From contig NMRA01000500.1 in the NCBI GenBank assembly GCA_002633005.1, positions 98,220 through 162,219 of the forward strand: a DNA stretch of 64,000 nucleotides. The letters run 5' to 3'. The notes below the pieces were generated by a model that ran no database searches, had not been told where the DNA came from, and saw nothing but the letters and a program-made list of their open reading frames with translations. The translations under genes and the position numbers were made by a program. Position 1 is the stretch's first letter. Every line of letters starts with the position of its first letter. Shown piece after piece: positions 1 through 14,170 of the stretch. The DNA is from Phoronis australis (Eukaryota > Animalia > Phoronida).

Positions 1-579
1 TTTTTTATTTTTAATCGTGTCCCTGGGGGAGGGTTGAATCCCATGAACCTCCTCCCCGTAGATCCGCCTCTGCAGTAGAACTACAAGTGGTACTTGAATT
101 CATCGTTATCTCTTGGACCTTACTGGGTTCTGGTTTTATCTGTAGGTTTTGAAGTTTCTTCGTTTACGTAGGACAATGCTTTGATTAACATCTGCATAAA
201 AATACTGAGATTCTGAGTGTATTGTTAAAATAGGTATGTCGGGTCTTCAGTTGTCTCACTGGTTCAGCTATGTAATTTCTAGTTGCTGTTCACGTTACCA
301 CAGAATGCTTGCCATTGCTATAAACTTTGTGTCAGTTTGAGCCATATCCCTCAAATTGTTTATTCAATGCAACTCTTGGAAAGTAGTTCTATCCAGTCAG
401 TTGTGGTTTTCAGTATGGGTCTGATGTGTCTGTCAGCAATTAGCCTGGTGTTTTTTGTAGTTAGATATTGTTTATGATAAGGGCCTGAAAATTCTGAGAC
501 CAGGCGAACTTTCGTCATGCGTTTGTCGTCGGCTCCATAGGAATATAGTTTTCAAAGAATTAAGTAAGTGTATCTGCGG

Positions 580-925
580 ACGCAAACATGCAAATGTCGC
601 CACTAGGGGGGCGACACAGTAGTCGGACCCGTCCGAAAGTCAACTTCAGACGTGTCCTTCTCATTAGGAATCCATGTGTACATTTCCATAATGATCCTTT
701 GAGATTTATGGCGGTATTGCACAGCTGGACAGACCGGACGACGCACGTCCAGACNAGTCAACTTCAGACGTGTCCTTCTCATTAGGAATCCATTTGTACA
801 TTTCCATAATGATCCTTTGAGATTTATGGCGGTATTGCACAGCTGGACAGACCGGACGACGCACGTCCAGACGCCCAGACAGAGATGATGCCAATATGCC
901 AATGTGCAGTTGCAAGCCTTCAATT
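580..925 (-). mobile_element. HINE-family fragment (reverse orientation)
   Basis: gccactagggggcg..agtagtcggaccc and GGAC/AGAC microsatellite; similar to 33600-33800. Confidence 0.6.
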
Positions 926-1224
926 GATGCAGAATTGCTTCAATCACTAGGGTAGCCCATTATTCCGTGTAAGTCGTGCCCCTAGCGGTCTCATGAATTT
1001 TAGCATCGCTCAAGCAAGACTGTCGGTGTTACTGAATAAATGATATGAAGGATTATAGTTCTTGACTGCCCTATGTATGTGTAATTTCTGGAAGGACGGC
1101 ACTATTTTGCCTTCAAACCTAATTGCTAATAATTGTGCAGGTCTGTCTTGCTAATGCTATGAATATGCGAATACTGCGGCGTGCTCGTTGGGCTGCAAAG
1201 CAAGTTTCTGGTGAGAAAAGAAGA

Positions 1225-1815
1225 TTTATAATGGCTACTCGTCTGCGATATGATACACTGTATAACACTAGGAGAGTGTTTATATCGGCTACTCGAATGT
1301 GATATCATACACTGTATAACACTAGGAGAGTGTTTATATCGGCTACTCGTCTGTGATATCATACACTGTACAACACTAGGAGAGTGTTTATATCGGCTAC
1401 TCGTATGTGATATCATACACTGTGCAACACTAGGAGAGTGTTTATATCGGCTACTCGTATGTGATATCATACACTGTACAACACTAGGAGAGTGTTTATA
1501 TCGGCTACTCGTCTGTGATATGATACACTATACAACACTAGGAGAGTGTTTATATCGGCTACTCGTATGTGACATTTTGCACTGTATAACGATAGGAGAG
1601 TGTTTGTAACGGCTGCTGCCACGTGATATCATGCATTATATATAACGTTAAGGGAGTGTGGGATATTATGCCTTGTACAACGCTAGGAGATTATTCATAA
1701 GGGCTACCTGCATGTGATATCATACATTTTACAACGCTTGGAGAGTGTTTAGAACGGCTACTCGTATGTGATACCATACACTTTACAACACTAGGAGAGT
1801 GTTTTTAACGGGTAC
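1225..1815. repeat. 54-bp minisatellite, about 10 copies, degenerating to the right
   Basis: Unit tatcggctactcgtatgtgatatcatacactgtacaacactaggagagtgttta. Confidence 0.95.
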
Positions 1816-3418
1816 CCTATGATACCCCTATAAGGTCAGCTTACCGTGGATTTTTTGCAACGCAGGGCATTTTGTCAAAAGAAGCTCTGACATAAGATAA
1901 TGTGGAAGTTATTAAAAAGTTGTGAGTTACAAAATGTTTAAAATACCTGATAATGATTTGTGGAAATTCACCAAAGGAGAAAGCACGAGCTTTTGCCGGA
2001 TCTTAGTCGGCACTTCCGTTCTGCATGACAACACCGGGGAGTTAGGCACTGTGCAAGACGCTTAGTCCCGCAATACAAGATAATTAATCTTCCTCTCACT
2101 GTGCTTCTCAGACGGGGTTTAATGCCACATGTAAGGCGTTCATAGTCCGTCATTTTCATGTTCACAAGATGTGGTGTAGGGCACATGCCGGTCCCATCAC
2201 GACAATAATCAGCGTTCACTTTTAAATGTTAGGGTAACGGCAGCATTGATAACCTCACTGTCTGCGTGTTTGTTCGTCGTAAAGGCACAGCCATGATGTG
2301 ACACCTATCAGGCTGATCAACTCCCGTGGCTTTCGAAATACGGAAGTCAATTCGATCAGTAACTAGTCTGTATTTCCGGTTTGTACGAAACGAATGCTTG
2401 CTGGGGCCGGAACGAGACTAGTCTGTTAAGATGACACCCTAAAGTTAGGAGATGAAGCAGGCACTAAGGAGGTTTCCAGTTTTGAAAAAGTGAGGATTTG
2501 AACTGGAAATGTGCATTATATGATACTGACAGTAGTTACAGTTAATTTGATGAAATTACTACTTGAAAGAAAGACACAACGACATCATATCTAATGGCGT
2601 GCTATTGGAGACGTGGAGTTGTGGGGATTCGATAATGTATGCACTCGTCCGCCAGCCCATGGCGTGGCTTGCTTTTTATGCTTGAAAAGTTTTAGCCTCA
2701 GTTGATTTTCTCTCAAGTGACATCCAGGAAAACATGTTTTGAAACACCAAGTACTGAGGTTTTTGCAAATACTGCAAGATTTATATGGAAGTACAAGGAA
2801 TGACCGATGTTAACATATGGATGTGCAAAGAATGTTGCTCAAGACCAAACTGCCTTAGGTTAACTTCCATAGTGAATGCATCGCATGCCAATTAGCAGAA
2901 ATGAGTAACATAGACCCTGGCCAGTTTCTTGCAAGAAAAAGCAGAATTTGCAAGACGGCCATGTTTCGCAAGCTAAGCTTGTGCTCACACTCACTTTTGC
3001 CTCAGCAAAGTTTATGCTAACANNNNNNNNNNNNNNNNNNNNNNNNNNNNNNNNNNNNNNNNNNNNNNNNNNNNNNNNNNNNNNNNNNNNNNNNNNNNNN
3101 NNNNNNNNNNNNNNNNNNNNNNNNNNNNNNNNNNNNNNNNNNNNNNNNNNNNNNNNNNNNNNNNNNNNNNNNNNNNNNNNNNNNNNNNNNNNNNNNNNNN
3201 NNNNNNNNNNNNNNNNNNNNNNNNNNNNNNNNNNNNNNNNNNNNNNNNNNNNNNNNNNNNNNNNNNNNNNNNNNNNNNNNNNNNNNNCCCTGAGAATATC
3301 AACTGGAAAGAATTAAACACGCAATCTGCACTGAAACAAAAAGTCCTGTAATGAGTTGCACAATAGTCCTCAAAACGCCCTGGTACGATCGTCCTTAAAT
3401 GTACTGGGATGATTGTTC

Positions 3419-3441
3419 TTAAACATCATCAGTAAGGAGAC
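3419..3441 (-). pseudogene. SLC28 copy A terminal coding exon (GLLTDDV*)
   Basis: tttcag acceptor, phase 1 gives ACIAG-LL; short, so a chance match is possible. Confidence 0.6.
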
Positions 3442-4567
3442 CTGAAATGGAGTAATTTTCAAATATATAAGTAATAATGAACATTCGTATCAATATCCGT
3501 TTGTTTCAAAAATGTGTTAGTACAGCGCACCTTGTCTTGTTATTGATCTTCGTGTAACTATGTGTTAAACAATATTATAGAACGTTAGAACGAAAACAAC
3601 GGATTTTATAGAAAATGGGTCTACAATTGACGTGGGTCAGTTTTAATATTTATTCTACCTGGAAGAAGCTCGTGGTACTGAAAATGGAGCATCATTTGAA
3701 CCCCACCCGACTCTGACAGGAAATTTTACAGCGGCTACAAACCAGCGTTCGGTCCAATAAGCGAAATTTTGAGTAAGAATTAGAAATTGGTCTCAACTCA
3801 AACAACAATCCAAACTACTCGCTTAACATTTAAACGTTGATTCTAGTACAACCATTAAACTCATACTTGAGGAACACTGTGGCAGCTCACGTTCCTTGAT
3901 ATTAAGTTAACCAAAAAAGAAAATGGACGTGTTAAAACGCAGGTTTTTGGACAAAGACCCACAAAGATAAATGCTTGTACTTCAAATCACGTCATCCCCT
4001 CCATCAAAAACTGGGTGCAGTAAGACCTTACGTGAGAGAAGAGCACGTCGGAATAGTAGAAGAGGGAGCCATTGCTAAAGCTCGGATGCAATGTAGTTAT
4101 CTTAAATGGGCACCGTGTGATTACACAAGGGCACGTAAAGAAAAACAGCATAAAAGACATTGTGTCTTATTGGTATACCATATATGTATGTTCAGCGACG
4201 TACGACTCAAACTAGGAGACCAAACACGAGGTCAAGCAAGTCTTTGCGAAAAATTCTAACGCATTACAAATGAAACATATGACCAGTACATGTACCTTCA
4301 CCCACAAGTACCTAGCGTCTGCGTAACAAACCCCTGGTGTCATGAATTTTAGTCTGAACTCGAGATGCCTAAATCGTTTTCCCAGCGCTGACGACAAATT
4401 GATCACCATTAACAGCGCAACAACCCGCATCTGGGCTCTGCTGAAAGCTAAGTATATACATGTAAATTTCACAGATTTCAACGTATCCTGGCATGGAAAG
4501 GTGGCAACTGAAAAGAAATACTGTGTGTTTCATGTATTTAATCCCATGCAGGTGTGCATGTACTTAC

Positions 4568-4748
4568 CAGCGATACAAGCTGTCATGAAGCAGGCTACGT
4601 TGGCGGCAATCATGGCTCACAGAGCGATCTTTGCATAGTCTGGCTTCCTGTGCGGAGCTATTGCACCCAGAACCCCTAGCATGATTCCAATAGAGCCCAG
4701 GTTCGAAAATCCGCACAATGCGTACGTGGCTATGACGTCAGAGCGTGT
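4568..4748 (-). pseudogene. SLC28 copy A TYALCGF exon with in-frame TGA
   Basis: 181 nt; AKIAL*AMIA vs [10 protein letters not shown] in copy B. Confidence 0.9.
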
Positions 4749-5673
4749 CTGAAAAGTAAAATCAAACCAAGGCGATTAAGACTAAGGCATACAATCACGA
4801 AAAAGTTAAGACATGTAGTTTTAACATCGTGTATATCAGGGTTGCGTTCCGTAGAATCAGTGCTGATCTCCCCAGAGTACTGTTGAATGAACTGATGACG
4901 GTGGATATCACGTGTTATTCAGCAAGAGATTAGAAAAAAATCAAAAATCAACGGTCGTATTTAACATGAACCTTTACGTAGGAGCAAAATAAGTTATGAG
5001 AAATACATGTACGTGCTCTTTGTACACTGCAGCACAGTTTGTTCCGAAAGTAAGAATTTCACCGACAGTCCATTCATCACCTCGATTCCAATTATTTCGT
5101 TGTGACGTGCACAATCCGGGTAGAGCTTAAAAGGGATTTACCACTACGAACATTACCGTTTCACTGAAATCAACGAATCACAAATGTGCACGCTATGACG
5201 TCACAGCGTATGCAATGAGTCAACGACATGGAGTCCGCGTTGAACTTTCCATTGAAAATACTTCGGGAGGAACAAGGCACTATGAGCAAGTTCATAAAAA
5301 GTTCACAATTGCGTGATGGCTTATTAAGTACGTTCCATTTCTACTTCGTGACTAAAAGCACCCAACTAGCAAATAGCAGTTAAAAAGGGGGGATTAGCGA
5401 AGAGCAAAGACCGACAGGAGGCCACCTTTTACACTCATGGGTGCCAGGAGACTTGCTTTGGATAGCAAATCCCGTTTTTTCTTAGCTAATATCGGATTGA
5501 CAAGACCCCCCTCCAATTTATGACTGATTCATATACTTCAAAATAATCTAAACGCCTATTCCACAAAAGAGATCCGTCCTTGTTGGTTGTTCCCCACCAA
5601 CTGAGTTAAAAACAATCAATATCCAGTACCGGTACTACTGGCCGGAGAAACACCAATCTTTCACCATACTCAC

Positions 5674-5885
5674 TGACATGAATCCATTCTTCAGAGTTCT
5701 GTTTTAGTAGACGAGATAAATATCATCGAATTCTCTCATTAATCCCGGGACGTTATAGTAGTCGCTGTATTGGTCCAGGCCAGTGATGTTGTAGAAGGTA
5801 GTGTAGTTGAGGAAGGCCTTTTTGTTTGCCATTAGTTTTCCAAGCGCATTGTATGCCACGAATTCATTAAGAAATGTTTTGACAC
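5674..5885 (-). pseudogene. SLC28 copy A NEFVAY exon with in-frame TAA
   Basis: 212 nt; ...IYLVY*NRTLKNGFMS vs [16 protein letters not shown] in copy B. Confidence 0.9.
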
Positions 5886-6318
5886 CTGGGAACAAAGCAA
5901 CAGGCAGGCATTTCGCTCACAACTTGCTTTTTTGATTCTTTCATCGAGACATGGGCTCTCTTCCCCTGTGACCTCTCATTGTAAACGTCTTAATTACAAC
6001 TTATATGTTTAGGACAGATTCTTGTACATGCAGTCATTAGCAGAAATCAATTAATTTTATTTTGCCTGAATAATTTTCATAACTATTGCGACCATAAAAC
6101 CGTCCTTTTACTCTATGCAATAATAGACATGGACCGCCAACTCCGTATACATGTACTTTCAATGGACGAAATGGGTGTCATTTACTACGTAAGCCAACAC
6201 TGCTTGTATTATCTTACTCATATGAAGTATATTAGCCTGCGCAAAAGTAGTTCATTTCTGTCGTTTTGCTGTGTAGACGGCGCTTTTGTAAACATGGTGG
6301 CTCGCAATTTCTCAGTCC

Positions 6319-6464
6319 CGTTCAATAACGCTAGGACCTCGCTAAAAACCGAAACTTGGCGAGATTACGTGAGATATTGCCGTGCATTCAAATGAGAACA
6401 CGTGACTTTGACTACGTGTTAGCTACATGTAGGTCCTAGCGCAGGTCCTAGCATCTATTGAACG
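6319..6464. repeat. Short inverted-repeat element
   Basis: cgttcaataacgctaggacct ... aggtcctagcatctattgaacg. Confidence 0.55.
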
Positions 6465-7104
6465 CACGCCTGTGGTTTAGGCAGTAGGCTATCGCGTTTC
6501 TTAGTCAGTGTAAGTGTTACTGAACAACTGTTGTAAATGCCGACTCAGATCAACCCCCCGAACTGTGAGTCTAACCTGGACCAGCCATATACGCTTGTAC
6601 GGTTGTACTTGTATAAAAGGTGAGTTAAAAGGGGTCTGAAGGTAAATTGGTGATTTTCGACACCTCACTTCAAGTCTGTGTCTTTGGCTGTGGCCGATTG
6701 AACTTCGACTTCAGTCCAGAGTTCAGTCTTTTCATACCAAACTACTCTGGAAACAAATCGGATATAATGCTCCCTGGTTTGAGAATGAGGCTATCAATAT
6801 GTTGTAATAACTTCAGTGCAGGTTCACTACTGTAAGTGTAGAGTGTACTTACACCTCACGGAGTTCGATTGAACATTAGATTACTAATGTTAGCCAGAAG
6901 GAATACACCAGTGACAGCAAATGTCTAGACTTGACCAGGCAAATACACACGTTTTCGGTCACTTTATACTAAGGAAAAATGGGAAACGAGCAACAGGACT
7001 TGGACATGGTCGAATAAAATTGATGAATGTACATGTACTAACTGAATAGCATAGCCTTATTCAATGGATTAGACAGTTACCACCAGCTCTATCTGGCCCC
7101 ATTA

Positions 7105-7636
7105 TAGGCAATGGCCACCATCTGTGCTGGTGCAGCTAGCAGATACGATGCAGCTCCTGTAGGAGCTTCATACGCCAGAAGCTTTTTGGCGAATTGTGCC
7201 TCGCACTGACTGAAACATCGAATTCGTGTTGTTATAAATACATTTTGCGCATAGAGGAACACCTTAGGAGGTCGTCGAAGTATTTAATTCCTTCCAACTC
7301 GAACAGATACTCTCATTCTTAAACTTTTTTCTTCGAGCAGACCCTCATTCAGTTCCCAAAATCGCCATTTTCACACTGCGCACGTTAGGGAATACGTATA
7401 TCATGCTACCTGCTGGTCGCAGTGTTAAAAATGGGAAGTTACTGATTTTGGTAACTGAAGGGAGACTACTCGAAGAAAAAGTTTGATTACGGGAGTATTT
7501 GTTCGAGTTGGACCTCCTAAGGTGTACATCTATGCGCAAAATGTATTTATAACAACACGACTTTGATGTTTTAGTTCGTGCGAGGCATAATTTGCCAAAA
7601 ATCTTTTGTGCCAGCAGAGACAATGGTCATTGTCTA
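7105..7636. mobile_element. MITE-like element with about 130-170 bp TIRs (TAG...CTA ends); another left end at 29801-29990
   Basis: 7180-7273 is an inverted match to 7511-7605; taggcaatggcca / tggtcattgtcta termini. Confidence 0.75.
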
Positions 7637-7759
7637 ACCCCAGTAGAGACGGTGAAGCTCCTCTAAGAGTTTCATACATTGAAAGCTTTTTGATGAATAA
7701 TAATGCCTCACACTGATTAAAACAGCAAATTCATGTTGTCATGCTAGCAAGAATTGAAA

Positions 7760-8560
7760 GCCTTTGCTATTTACGCATATTTAATTTCAGATGGTGAGCT
7801 GTAATACTCCACTGAAAAAGGCAAGGTCAAAGACATGCATATTAAGTTGAAAACTGTTATACTCTGACTCTCACGCACACAATGTTAAAAATGCTGCATT
7901 AAAGCAGAGGTACTTGGATTTTTTTGCACTCGTTGACACTCAATTCAACAATGATTTGCTGGACACCAGGCCTGTGTTTATCTGCAGCTCATGCATTTCG
8001 TTTTGTTCAAAACTCAAAACTCACGCAGCTGTAGAAATCAGCAAGAATGGTCGTCAACAATCTCATTGCTCAGTCTGAAGATCGACAGAAACATGTACTA
8101 ATTGATTCTCCATCTGTTTCTAAGAAGAAGCCAACAGAAGCAAAAATATTGTTAAATTTTGAGTCCGAGTTAGTTGACCGTGGGTATTCAGTATCTGAGG
8201 ATTATCAACAATCCAACCCTTTCCTCTCAAATAGGACTCAAGATTCAACTGAAAGTTGATTAATGTTGGTACATCTTTGAATGATCTTTTCAAGACTTCA
8301 GACAAAAGTGTGCTTAGACTTCTCATGAGGGACCAGGATGACAAGCTGCTTCTTTGGAAAAGTGGACAATCGTCCAAACGGACTACCATCTCTGCTGCTG
8401 TGTGTCATTCACTGCATATTGATATGACTAAGAACGACTTCACAGTAGCCATAATGTATGGGGTAGCTATTTTTTCAAGAAACCCTCAACTCTGTGATGT
8501 ACAGAGGCTACTGACTGTGGCGTGCATTCGTCATCAACATTTTTCATTGCAATAGATGGA
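7760..8560 (+). mobile_element. Decayed transposon-like ORF fragment (possibly an Academ-type N-terminus)
   Basis: Broken reading frames with FICSSC and AIFSRNPQLCDVQRLLT; family call from memory only. Confidence 0.3.
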
Positions 8561-11500
8561 TCACATTTATAGCTTATAATTGTTTTTGAGTTATAATTTT
8601 CAGCAAAGGTGACAAAATTGATGATGCCAATTAGATCAGTGATATAATGCGTTAAAAACTCTCCAGCAGGCCTCCTAAATTCAGAACACAGAGTGAATTG
8701 TTGAAATTCAATTTTGTTTCATCGTGAAATTTGAGGCATGAGGAATTTTTATATTTCCGTACTTTCGAATCTGCGAACCCTGTGTTTCAGCATAACAGGT
8801 CACAAGAATACTCTTGTAAGTTCATAAAAGTGACTCTCAAGGCAAATATATTTAAAAAAAATGTTACTTGTCTCCTTGAATTTGTGGCAGACAATTGTGG
8901 TAATTTCTAAAAATTGGAACAAGCTCCGACTTTGATCAAAATATTTATTCACTGTTCCAAACTAAATAATTTTTGCGTAATTAATTTTGAAATTCAGTGT
9001 GTAGTTAACTGTAAAACCGATGGATAACTGTTCTTGTTTATAAAAGGATCTGGTTTAAGAAAAGAAGTTGTACAAGTGATAACAATTTATTATTTCCTTT
9101 TTTATCTTAAGTGATGGTGTGGTAGTTTACACCAGCTTTACTTGATATCGGTATAAATGTCAGTGACGAAAGATAAAAATACTAAGTGACAACAGATATC
9201 AATAGTCCATTTCAGTTAATGACTCTGAAGCAGATAATAGTGGCAGTACCCGTGTGGTTAAAGAGTCATGACATAATGCTTTTGATTTAAAAATCTTGAG
9301 GGACTCTCTGATATGTAAGCTACGAGTGTTTTTCTCAAAAGAAGCAACTTAAGTCAATGTACAGTATAACACGGGATTACTTTTATATAAACAATTAAAA
9401 TGTAATAGATTTTGGATTTCCTACATATAGTTAAGGTTGAGAATGCATGCTTACATGATGTTCTCTGCACATTTGTTGCTTTGATAACACTATCATTGAT
9501 GGTGTTACTCTGTCAAAAATCAAAAATTAAAGGTCAATTTTGACAGTGAAGTCATCAATGAAAATCTTATTTTAATGATATGAATTTCCAACTCTGCCCC
9601 ACATTTTTTTACTTCAGGGTGATCTAAAAGGGCAGTTACGTTCCTTGTTAATTACAGGTTGTCGCGTCTTTTGGGAGGCATTTTTTATTTTTCATTTAGT
9701 GCATCTGTGTTGAATAAATGTATGTTTTCAATTGTTTTTGGCAGCTTTCCCAGATTTCCGTAAAACTTCCAGGCTCTGATTTGGAAATTCTGGGTATTAA
9801 AAAAGGCGTAAACATTGGTCTTGTGAAACCTGTCATGATACGAATAGATATAATTGAAAATATTTTTGTCTGCATCAAACTCATCATTCTAACACAATGT
9901 GTCCCTCGTCGATTAGCACAATTGCCACGTTGGAAGCTAATTCTTGTTTTCCAAGCGTTTCACGCCGTCACTTGTTGATGTCAGAGCCTCTGGATGAGTA
10001 CACTAGTTAATAATTAATGCAGAGGACTATGCTGGATATTAGCCTTTGGCTAAAGCATGTTTTACATTTATTGTATTTTTATCCTCTTTAAATAAAGTTT
10101 ATTATTATTACAATTTCCTTAATTATATCACTTATTGGAACAGTACTACAAAACGTCACCACTAGTTTCTTCATCATCAGTATCATCATCACCAACGTCT
10201 CGTGAAAAAATTGCTGCTGTTCTAGTATTGTGATTGGTGGGCAGCGAAGATCAACTAAAGTTTGGTGAAGTACAGGGCCTTTAAGCAAGCAAATTGCAGT
10301 TCAGTGGGAATGTCAATTAGTTGATCTATCAAATGTGCTTTTTCTGCTGGTTTTATTTCATTTAAATCGCACAGTGAGCGCTTTATGTTCACTTAGTGAT
10401 AACTAAATCGTTTCAATAATGTTTTTTATTTTGAAATTGCTTCAGTTAGTACTACAGGTTCCCCAATATCGTCCGCATACGTCGCTATTCTACTCGGGGA
10501 TTCCATCGAAAGTGCATTCCCCTAGTATGCATGACAGGGGAGATAAGTCTTTATTGTGATACATAAACGAGTCGACAAATTCCGATTTTTTCCACTACAA
10601 GAGTTATAATTCCATTTTTAAGAACCTAGTCCTAACTTCTACAAAAGTCATTCAAATTACAACACTGACGAATTGTTTTTCTGCGGTTTAATTGGCGCGG
10701 ATACGAACCGATATGATCTCGCGTGATCTAGCCTCCACCCGTTGTTTTTAGCGGTATTTTGTAAATGTGATGTGCCATATGTGACAGACCAGTCGCCAAC
10801 CGACTAGAGCAACGTCTTTCGTGAAAATGAATCTCTGCTTTCACAGAAGCAATGACGCCATTATTCACAAGCGACAACAGACTAAATTTTCTGGTGTTAT
10901 TTCCGACAAGTACGTCGTCTGCTAAATATGGTCGGCCGTTGTGTCGTCACAATACATTAACCACAAACTGAAACAAATACATGTAGATGAGGAAAGTGTT
11001 GCCTCCTCTAGGATAGCACGCAAGAAAACGTCGGAGTTGCAAATCTGTTGTCTATAATATATGACGCCATCGTGAAAATTTTGCTTTATACTTGTACACG
11101 TAATGATACATCGTGTTTACCGCGAAGAGCGAATATTGCGAAAAACAGCGAGAGCGTATACGTATTGGGTACTACAATCGAAACACCATACCACCCTCTC
11201 GTTCTCGTTACTCGCAAGTGTCTTGCGTCTACGGAACGCGCATCAGGTAAACAGAAAACCATATCGTGTTTTCATGCGCGCACCCAGCCTTCAAAATGGG
11301 GGAGCCCGAATTCCTGACGTTATGGACCTTTTGCTAAGAAAAGAGTGAGCGGTCTAAAAAAACCAAAAAAAAACCACTGTGAATTGCGCGTTTGCGCTTA
11401 TTTACTGGACTTTTGATCCTCGGACATTCTGTCTGTCGGGGGCGGACCTTTTTACCCACTTCGCCAAATTGAGGGCCGAGCCCCCCAGGGTGCGCGCAGG

Positions 11501-12663
11501 GTTTTAATCATGAGCTTTTAATGGAATCCTGATCAAGACCGGTGACACATTACTCCGATGCATCTTCGGCTAATTTCGTCAGACTTCATACATCAAGTAG
11601 CACAACTTGAATAGTGCCGACTGGCCATTTTATGCGAATTTTGTTAAAGCTAAAGGACACTGGTGAAAACAGAACCCTAATCTCCTTGGAAGGTTTAATA
11701 CGATCAAGTACTTGGTTGTGTATAATACCGGCCATTTTTAGTTGTCCTGTCGAGTCCGTCTCAGTCTACCTTGACTGATCTTCGTGCCTCAGTTCTCTGG
11801 CAAGGCATAATGAATCGATTAAACGTATGGTACAGTACACGGTCTGTTGTTCTAGGCAATAACGAAGGAGGTACATGTATCAACGTGACAGGTATTTTTA
11901 TTGATGTAAGGTTTATAAATTAAACCCATTATTCAAATGCGTCGCCAATGCTTCAAAATCCTTCTTGCTTTGTTTTATTCGATGTATCCAGATTGAAAGT
12001 TTCACTACTGAAATCTGGATGTAACTTCCATACGACTAGCAATTAATAATAATCAATATTCGAAGGGGATTTTTACCGTCTTGTCATTTTTATTTTCAAA
12101 TTGAAAACAACAAACGAAATAAAGTTTCTTAGCCAGCCAATTTCGTCTGAGGAGTTGGGGAAATCATGTTTTGTAAGCACTTTCCTCAAATGCTGAAAAA
12201 ATGGAGTATGGTTGTCTTGTCTACAATTACTACTTATAAGTGTATGAAACATAACAACATGCGTTCTGTACTATGCAACAAAGCAAAAAGTTTTGTATTT
12301 GAAATGTAAAGATATCGATGCTTGCAGTACTTAACATTACTTTTATGTTTAGGTAAACTCTGCGTGGAAGGTAATTGGCATGTGTGGTCTAGAACTCCAT
12401 CCATCCAGGAATGTTCATAATCAGAAAAATTAATCCTGTTCAGCTGGACTGTATCATACATGTACATGCTAAAAAATTCCTAAGCTCTCGGCAGCGTCCC
12501 GTTCCCTTCTAGATGAATGGTTGAATGCTGGCGGGACACGCGAGCTTCACATAATACATGTAGCGTTCCAAGGGGTGTACAAGGCGAACCTGCCACGTCC
12601 GTGTCTGCTGGGTGATGAATGCTGTCACACAAAAGTTCATGTCAGACGATAGTTCCCCGCTTC

Positions 12664-14170
12664 TTAGTCGGTGGGCCAGATTTTGTAGGGCCTCTAGAAA
12701 ATGGTTTTTGTGAGTACTTTAGGGGGGCAATTTTATTTTGGTGTTTTTTAATTCATTTATTAGAGTGTTTTCAAAATCTAAAAAGTTCCCACATATAAAG
12801 TTGCACATTTTTGAGAAATTTGAGTTTGAAGTTACATAATAATCACCAAAGAGCTTAGTAAACTTATATTTGTAAAAACAACAGTTTTGGTGACTTTTTT
12901 GTAAAACAAGTAATATGGTCCCATCAGTGCCATTGTATTNNNNNNNNNNNNNNNNNNNNNNNNNNNNNNNNNNNNNNNNNNNNNNNNNNNNNNNNNNNNN
13001 NNNNNNNNNNNNNNNNNNNNNNNNNNNNNNNNNNNNNNNNNNNNNNNNNNNNNNNNNNNNNNNNNNNNNNNNNNNNNNNNNNNNNNNNNNNNNNNNNNNN
13101 NNNNNNNNNNNNNNNNNNNNNNNNNNNNNNNNNNNNNNNNNNNNNNNNNNNNNNNNNNNNNNNNNNNNNNNNNNNNNNNNNNNNNNNNNNNNNNNNNNNN
13201 NNNNNNNNNNNNNNNNNNNNNNNNNNNNNNNNNNNNNNNNNNNNNNNNNNNNNNNNNNNNNNNNNNNNNNNNNNNNNNNNNNNNNNNNNNNNNNNNNNNN
13301 NNNNNNNNNNNNNNNNNNNNNNNNNNNNNNNNNNNNNNNNNNNNNNNNNNNNNNNNNNNNNNNNNNNNNNNNNNNNNNNNNNNNNNNNNNNNNNNNNNNN
13401 NNNNNNNNNNNNNNNNNNNNNNNNNNNNNNNNNNNNNNNNNNNNNNNNNNNNNNNNNNNNNNNNNNNNNNNNNNNNNNNNNNNNNNNNNNNNNNNNNNNN
13501 NTGTTCAGGTTAATTGGGTGTTTCAGATTTTTGGAAGTATAATTGATTTTCTTTGGAAATCTTGGATAACATCTGTATCACTTTCAGCAACTTCAGCTTT
13601 AGTACTACTGTTGGTGCCTTGAAACGTTGCTATGCCGTTCTATGTCCTTTCAATTTTTGGTCTAACACTTGGTCTTCTAGTCTACAGCACTCAGCAGTAT
13701 ACTGTGTAGGTTACTAGGACATGCAGCTGTTTTCTGCACAAACGTATGTGACACCTCTTCTTCTTTTTGATCTACTGATCTACAGAATTCCACAGTCAAT
13801 CCGCTTTCGTCAGGAAGCTTTCCTAAGCTTTTTTAGGCTCTGACATCACAATTTTGTGCTGTTTGATAAACCTTGAATTATACAGGCATCACAATCCATG
13901 GGAGCAGCCATATTGAAGTAACTAAGCACAACAATACAATCTGGCTCTCTGATTGGTCAATTCAATAGAAAAGCGCCATCAAGTGGCAGGAATGAGCATC
14001 AAATTTTGTGCAACAAAAACACCTTTTTTTAAAAAAATGTGCAAGTGTAGACGTGGGAACTTTTTGGAATTTGGTTTATAGGCATATTATCTAGCCACAT
14101 AGAAAAAACTAGGTTGCCCCCCGAAAGTACTCACAAGGATGAACGCTATGAGATCTGGCCCACCGACTAA
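12664..14170. mobile_element. TIR element bracketing the N gap
   Basis: TTAGTCGGTGGGCCAGAT ... ATCTGGCCCACCGACTAA plus further inverted blocks (tgtgagtacttt, gttcccac..ttgcacatttt); no matching TSD. Confidence 0.75.

Noticed and set aside
125-191. Possible minus-strand exon (tgcag acceptor, gtaagg donor)
   Set aside because: No recognisable protein similarity; copy A already has a better terminal exon at 3419-3441.
638-872. 117-bp direct duplication separated by a single N at 755
   Set aside because: Near-identical copies flanking one N indicate an unmerged contig or haplotype overlap, not a biological repeat.
1126-1609. Repetitive ORFs on both strands
   Set aside because: Translations of the 54-bp minisatellite.
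4617-4619. In-frame TGA in copy A as selenocysteine or readthrough
   Set aside because: Aligns to Arg, not Cys, and the same copy has a TAA and a frameshift.
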